Shown piece by piece: positions 1 through 11,851 of a stretch of DNA of 64,000 nucleotides (position 1 is the first letter of the stretch; each line of letters starts with the position of its first letter). The stretch comes from Octopus sinensis (lineage: Eukaryota), in assembly GCF_006345805.1 (NCBI RefSeq), contig NC_042999.1, positions 131,936,001 to 132,000,000 on the forward strand, in the 5' to 3' direction. The notes beneath the pieces are model-generated. The model did no database searches, was not told the DNA's origin, and saw nothing but the letters and a program-made list of their open reading frames with translations. Both the position numbers and the translations under genes were made by a program.

Positions 1-563
1 GAAGGCTTGAGCTTGTTTTATGTCTTAAGTTTTCTTTTGCTAACTACATAGTTGTGCCAGGGTATTTAGATATATTGGAAGATATCGACTTATTTAAAAT
101 ATATTGAGGAGAATATCAAATAGTTTAGATATACATAAAATTATATGTTGATGCTAATCTGAATAAGATTGCAATATGTGATTGGAATCAAAATCCTTTT
201 TTTTTTCTTTTTTTTTTTTGATGACTGAATGCCTTTCTTGTCACCAACCCCACTAGTTTCTAAGTGAGGTTGTAATCTCCTTGTCTCTTGAACAAAAAAG
301 AGCTATATATCAGAGAATATAAGGTCATTTAAATATATGGAAGAATATAAGATTATTTAGATATTCTTTTATTCTTTTACATGTTTCAGTAATTTGACTG
401 TGGTCAAGCTGGAGCACCGCCTTAAAGGGTTTTAGTTGAAGAAATTGACCCTAGGACTTATTCTTTGTAAGCTTAGTACTTATTCTATCAGTCTTTTTTG
501 CTGAACTGCTAAGTTTCAAGGACATGAACACACCGATATCAGATCAAAGAAAACAAAATTATT

Positions 564-595
<32 letters not shown>

Positions 596-615
596 AACAG
601 CTTATTTACATATAT

Positions 616-969
616 GTGACTGTGTGGTAAGAACCTTGTTTCCCAACCACATGGTTCTGGGTTCAGTTCCACTGTGTAGCACTTTGGTCAAGCATCTTCA
701 ACTACAGCCTTCGGGCAACCAAAGCCTTGTGAGTGGATTTGGTAAACATAAACTGAATGAAGCTCATTGTGTATATATATCAATGTGTGTGTGTCTTTGT
801 GTCTGTTTGTCCTCCACCACTGCTTGGCAACTGGTGTCGGTGCAGTTATGTTCTCAGCAAAAGAGACGAATGGACATACTGGGGGAAGATTCATTTGACT
901 AAAAATTCTTGAAGTGGTGCACCAGCATGTCCACAGTCTAATAACTCAAACAAGTAAAAGATAAAAGAG
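616..969 (+). mobile_element. tRNA-derived SINE, family A (dominant SINE, ~400-450 bp)
   Basis: Pol III A-box-like TG(G/A)CTGTGTGG and B-box-like GGTTCAGTTCC, internal TA/TG microsatellite, tail GAAACAAGTAAAAGA. More than 20 further copies or fragments lie across the window. Confidence 0.85.
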
Positions 970-1008
970 TAAAAATTATTTTGACAAATTGTAGCAAATT
1001 GTAGATGT

Positions 1009-1185
1009 AGGAGTGGCTGTGTGGTAAGTAGCTTGCTTACGAACCACATGGTTCCAGGTTCAGTCCCACTGCGTGGCACCTTGGGCAAGTGTCTTTTACT
1101 ATAGCCTTGGGCTTACCAAAGCCTTGTGAGTGGATTTAGTAGATGGAAACTGAAAGAAGCCCGTCGTATATATGTATATTTATAT
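1009..1185 (+). mobile_element. SINE A head, split from its tail by the RTE insertion
   Basis: GGAGTGGCTGTGTGGTAAG...GAAAGAAGCCCGTCGTATATATG; the family body resumes at ~5650. Confidence 0.85.
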
Positions 1186-1550
1186 TTCTTCTTATGCTAA
1201 AACTTGAAAATCGCCATTACCATTACGATTCTGCAATTTAAACTCCCAATTCAACTTACTTTCTTCTTCAATTTCAACTCCCGGTCGATGCCCGCAGCAA
1301 GTTCTTAAAAACTTATCTTACTATTTTTATTCGTTGTTACTACGTTTATTCATACATTGATAACTTGATTCGTCTTACCCATCTCATTCGCTACGAAAAT
1401 TTAACCTTTTAGGCTACTTTCAAGCCTTCGCCATAACTTGATTTATCTTTCCTATCTCTCTCTCTACGAAATTTAACCTTAGGCTACCTCAAGCCGTAAT
1501 CCTATCTTTTCCCATCTTTCCGCCATTGGCGGTGCGCCCCCCACCCCACC

Positions 1551-1720
1551 CCACCACCAATACCGATGAACACTGTTCTCACCCCCACCACCAATACCGG
1601 TGAACACTGTTCTCACCCCCACCACCAATACCGGTGAACACTGTTCTCACCGCCACCACCAATACCGGTGAACACTGTTCTCACCCCCACCACCAATACC
1701 AGTATACCCTGTTCTCACCA
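1551..1720 (+). repeat. 34-bp tandem repeat x5 in the RTE 5' UTR
   Basis: Unit CCACCACCAATACCGGTGAACACTGTTCTCACCC starts at 1551, 1585, 1619, 1653, 1687. Confidence 0.95.
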
Positions 1721-2095
1721 TCTACACCGGATACGCCCTACTCCCTCCTCTCCCCACTACCCCTTCTCCTCATATGCTTTCACTGTGAAAAGACAAGCTG
1801 CTAGCGCTATAGCTCAACTGCCCACCGATCTTTGCTTCCTCCTGACATTGCCTCAATCCGACCATCCCCTTTTAGTACCCTTCCGCCTCGTAATATCCTA
1901 CGTTTTTTTTTTTTTTTTTTTTTTCTTACGAACCTACACCAATCCTTCCTGCCATCGTTCCTCCTTACCCCAACCTTCCCCACTGGTTGCTCCCCTATAC
2001 TACCCGCCTCAACTGGACCCCCCCTCCCCAACTCAACTCTAGAATATCTGTATTTCTTTCCTCTACCTAATTACGTTACTCAGTGACGATAACGA

Positions 2096-3485
2096 ATGTC
2101 CACTGCTAACACCAGCTCCTGCCCACGGCGTGGTCAGGTTGGAAGAGAGATCAAAAGAGAAAAATACCACGAAAACTATCACCACCACAACAACCCTCCT
2201 CTTCTCAGGCGCCGAATCCCCCCCGTCCCCCCACATCTCCTTCCCAGTTTTCAGAGTTGGCACTATCAATGTTGGTACATTGACAGGCAAGTAGTGAGAT
2301 TGAGAGATGTAGAGAGAGAGAGAGACAGGTTGATGTATGCTGCATACAAGAGGTAAGATGGAGAGATGCTTCGGCTAGGGTCCTCACGGGCAAGGCACTT
2401 AGGTACAAACTCTACTGGCAAGGTAACGCGGAAGGTGTAGGGGGTGTAGGCATTCTCCTTGTGGAGGAATGGGTGGATAAGGTCATAGAGGTTGTCAGGG
2501 TTTGTGATAGAGTGCTTAAGCTCAGGTTGGTCCTACAGAGTGGCACAGCTATGATTATCTCAGCCTATGCCCCACAAGCGGGACTACCAAATGATCAGAA
2601 GGACAACTTTTATGATACCCTTCTGCAGGCTACTTCAAAGACTAGTAACAAGGACCTCATCTTTGTAGGTGGAGATTTTAATGGACATGTTGGGCGGGAA
2701 TCGGGTATCTTCACTGGGGTACATGGTGGCTATGGTATTGGCACCAGAAATGATGAGGGAACTAGACTGCTGGAATTCTGTGATGCATGTAACCTTTCAA
2801 TCTGCAACACTAACTTCAAGAAGCCAGTCTGCCACCTATAACTTATCAGTCAGGAGACTCCGCTAGCCAAATAGACTTCATCCTCACCAGACAACGGGAT
2901 GCAGGGTTGCTCTTGAATACAAAGACCCTCCCGGGTGAAGAATGTATCCCTCAGCATAGACTAATCATCAGTGACTTTAAGCTTGAGGCCAGAAGGACTC
3001 CAAGAAACAAACCAATCCAGAAAAGAAGGATTTGGAGGCTAAAGAACCCTTCGCATGGTCAGAAATTTAGGGACATACTCATCAAGAAATTTGATGAGAG
3101 GGAGGAGGAGCTTCAGACGTCAGACATAGAAGGTAGCTGGGAATTCCTACGGGACAGCTTGTTGAGTGCCACAGACCAAGTCTGTGGATGGTGCAAAGTC
3201 CCTTCCAGACCTAGAATTACGTGGTGGTGTGGAATAGTGCAGTAGATAAAGCCATCTGTGAAAAGAGACGGGCCTGGAAAGCCTGGAAGGATGGGGGCAG
3301 CAGGGAACTGTACCAGATAGCCAAAAGGGAGGCTGGGCGGCAGGTATACATTGCCAAAGATGTAGCAGAAAAGAAGAAGGTTTGCCAATGTCCAGCGTCG
3401 CGAGGATCAAAGAGCTGAAGTATTTCGGATTGCCAGACAGTGTGTCAGAGAAAATAGCGATGTTATAGGAGAGAAATGTGTCCGC
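2096..3485 (+). pseudogene. RTE ORF N-terminal half: apurinic-type endonuclease and linker, broken by ~4 frameshifts
   Basis: APE motifs recoverable across frames: RVGTINVGTLTG (~2255), VDVCCIQEVRW, IISAYAPQAG, GGDFNGHVG, SQIDFIL, CIPQHRLIISDF. Frame breaks near 2290, 2835, 3230 and 3378. Confidence 0.88.
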
Positions 3486-5408
3486 ATGGATGATGGGGCA
3501 CTTGCTTTTACTACTAGTGAAAAGAAAGAGGCTTGGAGAAGCCATTTTGAAAGACTGCTGAATGAGGAGAATGAATGGGAGGAGGAGAGCCTGCCAAATG
3601 TTGACCCAGTAGAGGGACCAGCTACCCGAATAGACAGCTCCCTTGTAGATAAGGCAATTAAGGATATGAAACCAGGCAAAGCCCCTGGCCTATCAGGAAT
3701 CACTGCTGAGATGCTTAAAACAGCTGGCTATGTGGGCTATGCCATAATCACCCGCATTGTAAACCAGGTAGTTCACAATGGAGTCATACCCAATGACTGG
3801 TGCAGCAGCACCATAGTCAACTGCTACAAGGGTAAGGGTGATGCTCTAGATAGAAATAACTACAGAGGTATCAAACTGTTGGACCAGGTGATGAAGGTCT
3901 CAGAGAAGGTCATAACCAATCTCATTAGGGAGAGAATTTGTTTAGATGAAATGCAGTTCGGTTTTGTACCAGGTAGAAGCACCACTGATGCTATATTCCT
4001 GGTCCGACAACTGCAGGAGAAGTACCTAGCTAAAGATAAACCCCTCTACATAGCTTTTGTAGACTTGGAGAAAGTCTTTGACAGGGTTCCCCGTTCCCTT
4101 ATCTGGTGGTCGATGCGGAAACTGGAGATTGAAGAATGGCTAATAAGGGCTGTACAGGCTCTATACAGAGAGGCTGTCAGCAAGGTTAGGATTGGCAACG
4201 AATATAGTGAAGAATTCCGGGTAGAAGTAGGTGTGCACCAGGGCTCAGCCCTCAGTCCCCTTTTATTCATCATAGTCCTTCAGGCAATAACAGAGGAATT
4301 CAAAACGGGATGCCCCTGGGAGCTCCTCTATGCCGATGACCTAGCTCTCATAGCAGAATCACTACCGGAACTAGAAGAGAAATTTCGGGTGTGGAAGCAA
4401 GGGTTGGAATCAAAGGGCCTTAGAATAAATGTAGCAAAGACCAAAGTATTAGTAAGCAGCAGCAAGAGGTACTCAGCACACATCCCCTCGGGTAGGTGGC
4501 CCTGCTCAACCTGTAGGAAAGGTACAGGTAGAAACTCCATAAGATGCACCCAATGTAAGTTATGGACACATAAGAGGTGCAGCAACATTAAAGGGAAATT
4601 AACAGATAAGATAGCTTTCATGTGCGGCAGATGCACAGGGACAATAGACACAACAGACACTCAGAAAACAGATTCCATCACACTCCAGGGAGAGAAACTA
4701 GAAGTAGTTGATAGTTTCCGCTACCTGGGTGACCAAGTTAGTAGCGGAGGTGGATGCACAGAGAGTATCACCACTAGAATACGAATAGCCTGGGCAAAGT
4801 TCAGAAAGCTCCTACCCCTACTGGCAACAAAAGGTCTCTCCCTCAGAACAAAAGGTAGATTGTATGATGCATGTGTGCGAACTGCCATGCTTCACGGTAA
4901 TGAAACATGGGCTGTGACTGCAGAAGACATGCGTAGACTTGAAAGAAATGAAGCTAGCATGATCCGCTGGATGTGTAGTGTCAGTGTGCACGCAAAACAG
5001 AGTGTAAGTATCCTGAGAGAAATGCTGGATATAAGAAGCATCAGATGTGGTGTGCAAGAGCGACGCTTGCGATGGTATGGTCATGTGCTGCGGATGGATG
5101 AAGAGAGATGTGTGAAGAAGAAGTGCCACTCCCAAACAGTTGAAGGTATCAGGGGGAGAGGTAGACCCAGGAAGACATGGGATGAGGTGGTCAAGCATGA
5201 CCTCAGAGCATTGGGCCTCACTGAGGCAATGGCGAAGGACCGAGATCTCTGGAGATATGCTGTGACTACAAAGACCCGGGCTGCTTTCTGCAGCAATTCC
5301 ACATACCCCCTACCCATTCTAAGTACCCCGGATCCCCAAAGTACCCTGGATCCCCAAAGTACCCCGATCCCCAAAGTACCCCGGACCTCGTTGCCCCCGT
5401 GCCGCTGA
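3486..5408 (+). CDS. RTE reverse transcriptase region (640 open codons) containing a PHD-like Cys/His finger
   Basis: RT motifs NYRGIKLL, QFGFVPGRST, FVDLEKVFD, GVHQGSALSP, LLYADD (YADD at 4329-4340), FRYLG. RTE-typical C-terminal RLRWYGHVLR and RGRGRPRKTW. Confidence 0.93.
   Translation: MDDGALAFTTSEKKEAWRSHFERLLNEENEWEEESLPNVDPVEGPATRIDSSLVDKAIKDMKPGKAPGLSGITAEMLKTAGYVGYAIITRIVNQVVHNGVIPNDWCSSTIVNCYKGKGDALDRNNYRGIKLLDQVMKVSEKVITNLIRERICLDEMQFGFVPGRSTTDAIFLVRQLQEKYLAKDKPLYIAFVDLEKVFDRVPRSLIWWSMRKLEIEEWLIRAVQALYREAVSKVRIGNEYSEEFRVEVGVHQGSALSPLLFIIVLQAITEEFKTGCPWELLYADDLALIAESLPELEEKFRVWKQGLESKGLRINVAKTKVLVSSSKRYSAHIPSGRWPCSTCRKGTGRNSIRCTQCKLWTHKRCSNIKGKLTDKIAFMCGRCTGTIDTTDTQKTDSITLQGEKLEVVDSFRYLGDQVSSGGGCTESITTRIRIAWAKFRKLLPLLATKGLSLRTKGRLYDACVRTAMLHGNETWAVTAEDMRRLERNEASMIRWMCSVSVHAKQSVSILREMLDIRSIRCGVQERRLRWYGHVLRMDEERCVKKKCHSQTVEGIRGRGRPRKTWDEVVKHDLRALGLTEAMAKDRDLWRYAVTTKTRAAFCSNSTYPLPILSTPDPQSTLDPQSTPIPKVPRTSLPPCR
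5321..5385 (+). repeat. 17-18-bp tandem repeat x3.5 at the end of the RTE ORF
   Basis: GTACCCYGGATCCCCAAA at 5323, 5341, 5359 and (partial) 5376. Confidence 0.9.
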
Positions 5409-5649
5409 CACGTTAAAATGCTCGAACCGATCGTGACGATGCCGGACCCTCCGGCCCCTGTGCAGGTGGCACGTAAAAAGCACCCAATCCACTCACGGAG
5501 TGGTTGGCGTTAGGAAGGGCATCCAGCCGTAGAAACTCTGCCAGATTCAGACTGGAGCCTGGAGCGGCCCCTGGCTTCCCAGACCCGGTCGAACCGTCCA
5601 ACCCATGCTAGCGCGGAAAGCGGACGTTAAACGATGATGATGATGATGA

Positions 5650-5890
5650 TATATATATATATATATATATATGTTTGTGTGTCTGTGTTTGTCCCCACCA
5701 CCACCACCACCAACATCGCTTGACAACTGATGCTGGTGTGTTTACGTTCCCATAACTTAGCGATTCAGCAAAAGAGACTGATAGAATAAGTTCTAGGCTT
5801 ACAAAGAATAAGTCCTGGAGTCAATTTGCTCAGCTAAAAGGCGGTGCTCCAGCATGGCCACAGTCAAATGACTGAAACAAGTAAAAGAGT
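5650..5890 (+). mobile_element. SINE A tail (continuation of 1009-1185)
   Basis: TGTGTCTGTGTTTGTCCCC...GGCGGTGCTCCAGCATGGCCACAGTCAAATGACTGAAACAAGTAAAAGAG. Confidence 0.85.
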
Positions 5891-8419
5891 AAATACCAAA
5901 TTATTTAGATATTAGAAAATACCAGATTCCATGGCAAAAAAATTAAATGTTTTTGTTTTGACTTCTCAGTTTAGAATAACCTTTACTTTCTGTATTGTGC
6001 AGTTTATTAAGTAAAGGGCCCAGAAGTTCACTAAACTAATTTATTTTTAGTGACTGTTCTAAAAAAGAAATCAGCATTTATTTAGATCATGTCTTATTTA
6101 GATCATGTCTAATTAACTCTATGTAGCTTGACTTTTGTCCTAGGTTAGCAACTGTTATTTCCTACTTGCTTACTGTTAGAAAGTATGAGAAATGGCCAAT
6201 TTTTCCTTCAGACTTTGCTTTTGTTGCATTCATTCAAACCCCAAAGAATCCCTCTCAACATATCACTATGACACTCCACCACTAATGGACATGCTCAAGT
6301 AGTTATAATCAAGCAACTGATAACAAATATTTGCTATAACAATATTTCTGCTTCAGCAACTCGGTACTGAATCTGTCTGAAATGTAATGGAAAATAGGTC
6401 TGGGTGACAAAAGCAAAGTTTGAAGGGAATAGTAGTCATTTTCTTTGATTTCTAGATAGAAGCAAAAAAGGAAATAACACTTGCTGACCAAAGGCCAAAA
6501 AAAAAAAACAAGTTATTACACAGTGTATACCCTGTTCATTACTTTATTAAAATCTGATTTTAAAACGTTTGATGATTCAACACAATGAATTTAACGTTGA
6601 GCAGCATTGTCAGTGAATTGGTTATTCTCTTCAGTATATCTAAATAAACAGATATTTTCTTCAGTATCATCATCACAGTTCAGTTGCAGCCGTACTAGTT
6701 GGAATTATGACTGTTGAGCTGATCACAGTTCTGTTTGGTAATACGTAGGTTGCCAGGAAAAACTGAATCAGAATTAATATCATAAACTTATCTGCCTGAA
6801 ACACTGCTACTTGATACTGCATCTTCCAGTTGTATACACCGGCTCCTGCCAGACTAGGCTGAACTGGACTGTGCAGCATGCCTGATGGTATCTAGTAACA
6901 ATTCCAGTTGGTAAGCTCCTCTGTGATATGACTTTAATGTAGCATCAGTCTAAGATACTGATTGGTCAGAAAAGTGATATAGGCGTGTTTGTTATCAATG
7001 TTAAGTGTATTAGCTTATTGGCCTGAAAGGTGATGACATAGGCATAACTGTTAGCGTCAACTTGTCTGGTAGTTACATAGCTGTTAACAAAAACAAACTT
7101 ATTCAATTTGAGGATCTGTATTTGAGTCATTGGGATATTACAGACATGAGATATTTGCTACAAAACAATCTAAATTATCCAATAGTCTTTGATGTATCTT
7201 AAAAATCTAGTATTTTCTGACATATCTAAATAATCTAGTATTCTTCAATATATTTGAATAGTCTGCTGTTCTTCTCTGATATATTTAAATTATCTTATTT
7301 TCTTTCTCCAACTCATGTCAGCGTGGAAAAAATTGGATGTGAAATGAACAAATGATATTTAAATAATTTTGTTCTCCTTGACATCTGTAATTTGCTCTGT
7401 ACAACTTTTATTGAAATAATAATTGAATCATTGGGTTTAATTGTGGAATAACATTTACAACTTGTTAATATTTGAAACTGAAGTTGCTGTTAATATAAAT
7501 AGATATAACACAATAATGTACTTTTAGTAGTTTTTATTGACGAATATTCAATTGATATACAATATTACACTGACAAGGACAGGTCTGTATATTACTGGAA
7601 CAAATCTCTTATCTAAAAAAAAATGCTATGATTGTTACAATCAATTTTTAATATAATGCTCATTATCATTTCACCTTTCTTCAAGTTTTTATTTACCTTG
7701 CTTTCATTTTGTCATATTTTACTCAGTATAAGATATTTAACAAAAGCCATAATTTGGTTATCTATAAATTGTATTGTTTTCTCCTTTGCCATTGTGTATC
7801 AGTCATGCAGTTTCAGCTTAAATGTTAACTCTTGTGTGAGCAAAACTATTGTAGAAAACTAGGTGAATAATTAGTTACATTCATCAGAATTGACAATGTA
7901 TTAATTCAGCTCAGTTGTCAAATTGCTGACATCTAAAAATATTTCAAAATAAGATCTAAACAATTGTTCTTCTAATGAATTAAAAATGACTGCCAAGAAA
8001 TTAGTTGACTAAACCATTGTAACGATAATGTGTAATGAAGATCTCATACTTGACATCTTCCTCTTCTTCATATCATTAAGACATCATGAAGGCATAACAT
8101 TTCACGCCAGTCTAACTCTGATCAAATGTTTTGTGGGGGGAAAAAAAAATCTGTCACCTCTTATGTGACAAGTGTTTTGTTTCCTTGACAAATGTAAACT
8201 CAACTGAGGTTACTCTGACTTAGTCATTCTCTAATTTGCCTTGTGATAGGGCTGCTAAAAATATTAGAGGAATCTGAATCACAAGTATAAGTCATAGCAA
8301 CCATGATGGCGTTTTGTTGTTTGTTTTTTATAGATAATTTATATGGTACAACATAGCCATATTAAAAGAAAGATACTGATCTGTGACTTAAAAAGGAATG
8401 GTTTAGTTGTTTAAATTTT

Positions 8420-8830
8420 GAGTGAATTTTGAGATTCATTGTGGAGTGTATCTCACACATCTAGGATGCTGCTACCATTACACACCACATACAGCCATCC
8501 TAGACTGCATCCAAAGAAAGAAGTCACTTATGAACACACTCCAGCCTCTAGTCCATATATGTACCATCTCCTTTCTCTGGTTTTTCTACTTATATTAGAG
8601 TGGCCTCTGATCTTTGGCACTGGTTCATTTTGTTCCATCTTTACACACACAATGCTGACTTCTTTTGCCTCTCCCTCTCTTGTCATAGCCATTGTATCCT
8701 ACTCTTACACCTCACACTAACCACTTTCCTAATCCTTCTTTCCCAGAATACCAAACTTCTGAAATTCTCTTCTGCCCCACCGTAATTGTGAACTTTAAAA
8801 CATAACATTAAGAGCATTGATCTAATCAGA
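8420..8830 (+). mobile_element. Highly degenerate CR1/Jockey-like LINE 3' fragment
   Basis: Cross-frame remnants ECISHI..., ILDCIQRK...LQPLVHICTISFLWFFYLY resemble the EYCSHIW...LDRVQ...LQPLSHRR..SLFYRY C-terminus of such elements. Confidence 0.45.
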
Positions 8831-9923
8831 CTGGGAGGGTCTGCAAAGACCACAGGCATAGCTTCCTCTATCAGAGAAAGCCAATAGTCTTTTTTTTTTT
8901 AATCTATATTTTTGATTTCTTACGTGAAATAGTAAAAGGCTATTAACTGAAGATGGTGGGTTTAGTTCATTCAGTCAACTTCATCATATCCTAGTATTTG
9001 TTTTATTGACTCTAGAGTGATGGAAGATATGACTATGACGAGATTTGAACTAATAATGTAAAGGAGAGAAGGAAATACTGGAGCATTTTATCTAGATTCC
9101 ACTCCCTCTGTCACCCACTGAATAAATTTATTGATGCTAAAGATAATATAGTTGGCTGTCAGATTCAAGTAGACCAAGTCACATAGTCAAGATAAAGATT
9201 TAAATTATTAATAACAATAATGTTCATTATCTTTAAAATGATATTCCAGGAACATGTCTTTCTATCATAAGAAGGGGATCTGATATTTTCTGTATCAAAG
9301 TCTTCAATAAATTCTGTTTTGTCTTGTCTTTGTTTGGCAGCAACCAATATTTATTATATGACAACACATAAATTGATAAACAGTTAGATGAAAACTTGGA
9401 TGTCAAATGAATTATTCAGCAGTGCAGCTTTGTAGCTGCTGACATGTATTTCATATTCTAATTTTGTTGCAAAAGAGGGTGTGGGGTGGAGGGGGGTGTA
9501 GTAGTTAAACATTGGCATATACTTTCCTGGAGAGAATGGCAGCAAGACTGTAGAGTCAGTGTGTATTTGCTGAGACAAAAGTTAATGAAGGGTGGAAACA
9601 TATGCTTAGCTAGTTGCAGAAATATGCTTCTCTAGAAACTGAAAATTATGAGTAACTACTTAGATAAAGGTCTCAAGAGAAATAGAACTATTGAGAATAG
9701 TAGAAAATGGAAAGATTTTTAGAGTTTTTATTTTGCAAATGAATCTTACCAACCTATTCGGTAGGTGTTATAGAGATGGTAGCACAAGCAGTGGTTGGAT
9801 ACAGCAGAGTGATGAACTAATGTTTAGTGAGATTTGACTAATTAGTTCTTTTTCTGGGTAAAATTTAAATAAATAATTAAGTAGAGTATAATGTCCTCTA
9901 TATTGGTAATGGAATAGATATGT

Positions 9924-10154
9924 TTAACCCTTTCGTTACCGTATTTATTTTGAGATGCTCTGTGTTTCATTCAATTAAATTTAAATATAACAAAGAATTT
10001 AATAAAAGAACTTAGTTATCATTAAGCTAGTGTTGGGAACATAAGTTGTGACTAAGGTTTGGTGGAAGATTTTAATTCAATATTTATGAAAACAAGACAT
10101 TTGTACTACAGAGCCAGAGGCAATTTTTGGCTGGGTTGGTATCAAAGGAGTTAA
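9924..10154. mobile_element. TTAA-flanked MITE (piggyBac-like ends), family 2
   Basis: Ends TTAACCCTTTCGTTACC ... GGTATCAAAGGAGTTAA. Related copies at ~10387-10610 and 45942-46156. Confidence 0.6.
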
Positions 10155-10842
10155 TGATAAAATCTATGTCACTTTTCCATACATCTACACGGTCAATTCA
10201 TATGTCTTATCTTCTTGCCATTCTCTTAACTCCACCTAACCAAATAGTCTGCACTAAATCCTCTCTTGTGACTGTATTCACCTGCAATATTATCCTTGAT
10301 TAACTCTTGCTTCTAACTACAAACCCTCAACTATTTCTTTGCTTAGCTAATACATCAATCTTAAGAAAACCTGTTTGCTTTATATCAAGCCCCTTTTACT
10401 ATAGTTGTATTGAAATACATTGCCTTTGTTTCAGTTTATTTCAAAAAAGAATGGAGAATTTTGTGAAATAACTTTTTATTATGCTCATATTTGGAACATA
10501 ACTTAACATGAAATTTTGATTGAAGGGTTTAACTTAGATAAGTTTAAAACAAGAACTTTGTGTCACAGAACCAGGGACAGTCTCAGGCAGGTTGGTATCA
10601 AAAGGGTTAAGGAAAAAAAATCATAAATGTCTCCATCATAAAATTTTATCCCTATGACCATTTGTTGCTGACCTTTTATGACAGCAGGATTCTTACTGAG
10701 ATGATGGCTTGCTTAAGAAATGGAATCTTTAGTGATTTATTATTAATAATAAGTTTTTCTATATTGAACAAATTTGGAAGAAATCATCATTGATATAGTT
10801 TTTCTTTATTATTATTATTATTATTATTATTTTATTACTTAA

Positions 10843-11055
10843 GGCTGTGAGTTGGCAGAATTGTTAGCATGCTGGGTAAAATGCTTAGCAGCATTTCTTC
10901 CGTCTTCACATTCTGAGTTCAAATTCCACTGAGGTTGACTTTGCTTTTCATCCTTTTGGAGTCAATAAAATAAGTACCACTTGAGTACTGGGGTCAGTGA
11001 AATCGACTTATCCCATCCCCTGAAATTACTAACCTTGTACCAAAATCTGAAATCA
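10843..11055 (+). mobile_element. tRNA-derived SINE, family B
   Basis: GGC(T/G)GTGAG(T/C)TGGCAGAA head, TTCTGAGTTCAAATTCC B-box-like motif, (TTA)n at both ends. Further copies at ~11620, 12330, 19620, 20525(-), 20785(-), 43795, 44815, 51575, 57957, 59440. Confidence 0.8.
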
Positions 11056-11065
11056 TCATTATTAT

Positions 11066-11610
11066 TGAGTGAGAGAACAGCACATGCCATCAAAGTGATA
11101 ATGGGGTACAAATATACAAAGCCCAATATACCCATCATGACGACCCATTTGATAAGGGTATACCAGACACATGCAACATAATCATATGTGCACAACATGG
11201 TGACTTCATATCAAGGTAGATAGCATATGACCTTGCAGGTGTGGTCCCATTAGAATTTTCTTCAGGTTGAGTAGCTCATCCCACTCAAAATGTTCCTGAA
11301 TAAGGGTTGTTTAAAGATGATGAACACAATATTCGTGTTTCCAGTAGTGAATTATTCATACCCCCAAAACATGGCAGTGATGTTCCTCTGCGACCTCTGC
11401 TTGTGATCAGAGAATTACATATCACCAGCCACTAAAGCACATGCTCAAGTGATTAAGGTCAAGTAACTGATAAGCAAATCTGTGGTATAGAGCAGAATAT
11501 TTGCTGTAGCCCATTTTTTACACCAAGATAAAAACATGTACATGTCAACACTTCCAATCAGTTTAGATCAGAAAGCCACTGCCTGATAATGCATCAGAGC
11601 ATCTATTATT
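11066..11610 (-). mobile_element. Unclassified ~540-bp dispersed repeat E with (TAA)n ends, copy 1
   Basis: + strand begins GAGTGAGAGAACAGCACATGCCATCAAAGTG and ends GCATCAGAGCAT next to (TTA)n. Roughly 80% similar by eye to copies 2 and 3. Confidence 0.7.
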
Positions 11611-11851
11611 ATAATTATTAAGTTGGCAGAACCATTAGCATGGAAACAAAAGTGCTTAGTTGCATTTTGTCCATCTTTATGTCCCAAGTTCAAATTCCAC
11701 CAAAGTTGACATTTTAATTTTCATCCTTCTAGGGTTGATGAAATAAGTATCACTTATGTACTGAGATCAATATAATTGACTAGCCCCTCCCCCAAAGTTT
11801 CAGACTTTGTGCCTTTAATAGAAAGGATTATTATTATTATTATTATTATTA

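Larger units (their letters stand above)
1186..5648 (+). mobile_element. Near full-length RTE-clade non-LTR retrotransposon (LINE), ~4.5 kb
   Basis: Pyrimidine-rich 5' UTR, then an APE endonuclease, RT, and a 3' UTR ending in a (GAT)n tail at ~5633-5648. It is inserted in the internal (TA)n of a SINE whose head (1009-1185) and tail (5650-5890) flank it. Confidence 0.93.

Noticed and set aside
1186-1550. HDV-like ribozyme at the RTE 5' end (known in some RTEs)
   Set aside because: I could not build the nested double pseudoknot by eye; only a small CCGCCA-T-TGGCGG palindrome (~1520-1532) and a ~70-bp imperfect duplication are visible.
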